A stretch of DNA of 64,000 bases, taken from assembly GCA_965216875.1 (NCBI GenBank), contig OZ244207.1, forward strand, positions 5,792,001 through 5,856,000, given 5' to 3'. A program made the position numbers and the translations under genes. The notes under the pieces are model-generated. The model searched no databases, was not told the DNA's origin, and worked only from the letters and a program-made list of their open reading frames with translations. Every line of letters begins with the position of its first letter. The first letter of the stretch is position 1. This document shows, one piece after another, positions 61,154 to 64,000 of the stretch. The DNA is from Rubripirellula sp. Its GTDB lineage: Bacteria; Planctomycetota; Planctomycetia; Pirellulales; Pirellulaceae.

Positions 61154-61591
61154 ATGTCCAGCGATCGCTTTTCAAACGACTACTCAACTCCTTCGTCACC
61201 CGATTCAGCGGGAACGCTATCGCGGATCGGTCACCAGCTTTACGAAGCAGGCTTTCGCCCTCGTCCACTACAGGACGAAACAGCCACTTTCATCTTGGTG
61301 AACGTTCTCGACATCTACATGACCTACGCTTTGCTCGCCGTCGGTGGCAGTGAAGCGAACCCAGTTGCTCGGTTCTTTCTCGACCGCTGGGGATTCGACG
61401 GCATGATCGCGTTCAAGATGATGATCATCGCCTTTTATTGCGTCGTCACTCTCTTTATCGCCAGTCACAATCTCGACCGAGCGAAATCGCTGCTGCGTTT
61501 CGGCACCGTCATCGTTGCGATGGTGGTGATCTATGGTGCTTGTTTGATGATGTTGGCCGAAGGTCAACGCATCCTGCAGATCCTGATGTGA
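61154..61591 (+). CDS. DUF5658-family membrane protein
   Basis: FILVNVLDIYMT..EANPVARFFL..G..FK. Confidence 0.75.
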   Translation: MSSDRFSNDYSTPSSPDSAGTLSRIGHQLYEAGFRPRPLQDETATFILVNVLDIYMTYALLAVGGSEANPVARFFLDRWGFDGMIAFKMMIIAFYCVVTLFIASHNLDRAKSLLRFGTVIVAMVVIYGACLMMLAEGQRILQILM

Positions 61592-61627
61592 TTCGCGGCG
61601 AACGATCGTCGCCAGCACCAACAATCA

Positions 61628-61670
61628 CCCTCCCGCTTGCGGGAGGGTCGGACACAAAGCCCGCGGAGGG
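61628..61670. repeat. REP-like palindrome (family D)
   Basis: CCCTCCCGCTTGCGGGAGGGTCGG...GGAGGG; related to 28732. Confidence 0.7.
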
Positions 61671-61682
61671 ATGACCATTTTG

Positions 61683-62270
61683 TCACTCTTCTTCGCAATC
61701 GATCAACTTGTCCCGCAATGACTCGAGTTCTTTGCGTTGCGGAATCAAGTGCACCCAAATCTCGCGACGCATCAGCCAATAAGTGAGCGCGAATGCACCT
61801 ACGGTGAGTGGCCAAACCCAAACCGGCTTGGAATCCCACAAGAAGAAAAAGCCGATCGACATTCCCGTCATCACCGGTGCGATGAACCACCAACCGATGG
61901 TACGAAGTTGTCGAATTTTGTAGTCGATCTGTGCGATTGCCTTGTCAATCATTCCGACGACCGAACGATCAAAATCAACTTCCGCTCGACGCCGTTTTCG
62001 TCGGCTGAGCCACAAGTAAACGAAGACGCCGAACCACAAATTGGCGGTCAAGAGTTGATGATAGTCGTCGCCAAAGATCAGAGGCTCAGAAATCACCGCT
62101 AACCCAACCGTCAACACGATCGCCATCATGCAGAGTTCAAAACAATTTACGAGTCGCTCTACCGCGACGCCCCGCTGCTTGACCATCGACATGACGGCTT
62201 GTTGATCGATGACATACATCGGCTGTTCCTTTTGCGAATCCCAAATGACTTGCAGATCATCAAAGTCCAT
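61683..62270 (-). CDS. Membrane protein, putative anti-sigma partner
   Basis: MDFDDLQVIW start; 4 TM helices; overlaps the 3' end of the ECF sigma gene. Confidence 0.7.
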   Translation of the reverse strand: MDFDDLQVIWDSQKEQPMYVIDQQAVMSMVKQRGVAVERLVNCFELCMMAIVLTVGLAVISEPLIFGDDYHQLLTANLWFGVFVYLWLSRRKRRRAEVDFDRSVVGMIDKAIAQIDYKIRQLRTIGWWFIAPVMTGMSIGFFFLWDSKPVWVWPLTVGAFALTYWLMRREIWVHLIPQRKELESLRDKLIDCEEE

Positions 62271-62772
62271 CGTGCACCTCCTGGGTCACGCGACCGATGA
62301 GACGTTTCTTAATCCGGTTGATTCTGACGCCCAGATTGCTTTGCGTGATGCCCAACGTTTCGGCCATCTCGCTGTAGCTAAACCCTTCCAAGAGCAGGAG
62401 CGTGACGGAACGATCCAGTTCATCAAGCTTTGCGATTTGGTCGTACAGCCAATCCAGCCTGGGATCTCGATCTTCGCTCGCCTGGACGAGCAAATGCTCC
62501 GTTCCGGCCAGTGATGATTTTCTTGAACGATGGCGCCGCTCCTTTCGCGTCCAACCGATCGCCGTGTACAACGCGACTCGATAGATCCACGTCGTTTCGG
62601 CTACTTGTTGGTTGTAGTTCGGAATGGAATTCCAAACCTGAAATGCGATTTCTTGGAACAGATCGTCCTGATCCGAGACCGTGAAGGCATAGGCGCGAAC
62701 GACCTTGAACAGCAAGCCTTTGTGCTCGGCAAGCCATCGTTCAAAGATCTCGGTACGGCGCTCCAGCGTCAT
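62260..62772 (-). CDS. ECF-type RNA polymerase sigma-70 factor
   Basis: DDLFQEI, TWIYRVALYTA, LEGFSYSEMAETLGIT..VRINRIKKRL. Confidence 0.92.
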   Translation of the reverse strand: MTLERRTEIFERWLAEHKGLLFKVVRAYAFTVSDQDDLFQEIAFQVWNSIPNYNQQVAETTWIYRVALYTAIGWTRKERRHRSRKSSLAGTEHLLVQASEDRDPRLDWLYDQIAKLDELDRSVTLLLLEGFSYSEMAETLGITQSNLGVRINRIKKRLIGRVTQEVHDGL

Positions 62773-62881
62773 CGACGTCAATTCCAACCAGTGTTTGACT
62801 CACTATTAGCCTCCTGGTCCGGAATCCTTACATCAAAACCGGGATTTTCTCAGGATCGGCAAAGCGTCTAAGCCAAACCCA

Positions 62882-62981
62882 GTAGGTCATGCTATGCATG
62901 ACACATGCAAATTGTCATGCATAGCATGACCTACAAAGGGCGCGGAGCGTCCGAAGAGTTCCCACGGGGACCGTGGGAACG
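62882..62981. repeat. REP cluster (inverted GTAG pair + family C unit)
   Basis: GTAGGTCATGCTATGCATGAC at 62882 and its inverse at 62914-62934; then CGCGGAGCGTCC..GTTCCCACGG..CCGTGGGAAC, as at 14153. Confidence 0.85.
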
Positions 62982-62996
62982 ATAGCGGAGAGCGCT

Positions 62997-64000
62997 CTAG
63001 GGTCGGCTTGTTCGCAACTCGACGATCTCGGCGCCCGCCTTTCGCCCGACGCTCCAAAAGAGTGCTGGACGCACGAGAAACTCGGCGATCGTGCTCGTGA
63101 TCAAGCCGCCGATGATAACGGTGGCGATCGGATAGACGATCTCTTTGCCAGGATCGCCAGCCGAGAGTGCAAGTGGCAACAGGCCAATTCCACTCGTCAG
63201 CGCCGTCATCAGTACTGGTGCCAGTCGCTCTTTGCCCGCGCGCACGATCATCCCGCGGTCCCATGATTCACCATCGTATTGCACCAAATGCACATAGTGG
63301 TTCAACAAGAGAATACCATTGCGACTTGCGATCCCGCACAAACTGATGAAGCCAACCGTTGCGGCGACCGTCAAATTCTGTTGAGTCAGATAGAGGGCGG
63401 CGACCGCGCCAAGAAACGCCGTTGGCAAGGCGACCAATACTTGAAACGCAAAGTTCGCGTTGCGAAAGAGTGTGTAGAGCACCAGGAACATTCCGGCGAG
63501 TGCAATGACCGAAAGAATCGCCAACCGACGTGTTGCTGACTGTTCGCTTTCGAACTGCCCGCCGTATTCAACGAAGTAACCTTGCGGCAAGTTGACCTTG
63601 GCCAGCCGCTGGCGAATCTCACGAACGACATCAACCACTCCCCTGCCCTGCACATTAGCCTGCAAGACGATTCGCCGCCGCACCTGCTCGCGCTTCACCG
63701 TGTTCGGTCCGGCGCTTTCATAGATATTTGCGACACTATCCAGTGGCACCACACCGCCGTCTGCGAGATCGATCGGCATTCGGCGCAGCTTTGATTCATC
63801 TTCTCGAAAGGGCTCGTCCAAACGCACAACCAAATCGAACGTTCGCTGGCCAATCAACACCTGACTGACCACTTGCCCGTTCATCGCTGTTTCGACCAAC
63901 TCCATCACTTCGGCTGGCCGCAAGCCGTATTGCATCAGCTTGTCGCGGTCGAGTTCGATTCGCAACTGCGGAATGTTGGTCTGTTGTTCGACCATCACCT
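62997..64000 (-). CDS. CusA/CzcA-family RND efflux permease, C-terminal part (5' partial)
   Basis: YGGQFE, GFISLCGIASRNGILL, ERLAPVLMTAL, GGLITST. Confidence 0.92.
   Translation of the reverse strand, partial: VMVEQQTNIPQLRIELDRDKLMQYGLRPAEVMELVETAMNGQVVSQVLIGQRTFDLVVRLDEPFREDESKLRRMPIDLADGGVVPLDSVANIYESAGPNTVKREQVRRRIVLQANVQGRGVVDVVREIRQRLAKVNLPQGYFVEYGGQFESEQSATRRLAILSVIALAGMFLVLYTLFRNANFAFQVLVALPTAFLGAVAALYLTQQNLTVAATVGFISLCGIASRNGILLLNHYVHLVQYDGESWDRGMIVRAGKERLAPVLMTALTSGIGLLPLALSAGDPGKEIVYPIATVIIGGLITSTIAEFLVRPALFWSVGRKAGAEIVELRTSRP

Overview
This 64 kb window reads as chromosomal DNA from a Planctomycete, probably Pirellulaceae. That assignment is inferred from lineage-typical families: PVC-type heme proteins, DUF1080, TIGR02996, LExRxLLA extracellular proteins, planctomycete dockerin, SHD1 and five Cys-type sulfatases. 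It holds about 40 CDS for carbohydrate/sulfate catabolism, transport, signalling and surface proteins. I found no rRNA, tRNA, CRISPR or transposase. Intergenic regions carry several families of REP-like palindromes. Main points of interest: (1) a VIT-vWA protein with a GlyGly-CTERM-like tail immediately upstream of a rhombosortase, a candidate dedicated protein-sorting pair; (2) a 231-bp mosaic tandem-repeat array with a fourth copy on the far side of a 1211-aa Gly/Tyr-tract extracellular protein of no recognised family; (3) a 5'-truncated adhesin with a distinctive C-terminal membrane motif; (4) a redox/carbohydrate cluster built around a 1662-aa SGNH-propeller-PA14-cupredoxin-cytochrome c fusion. 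All family calls come from motif recognition by eye; no database searches were run.
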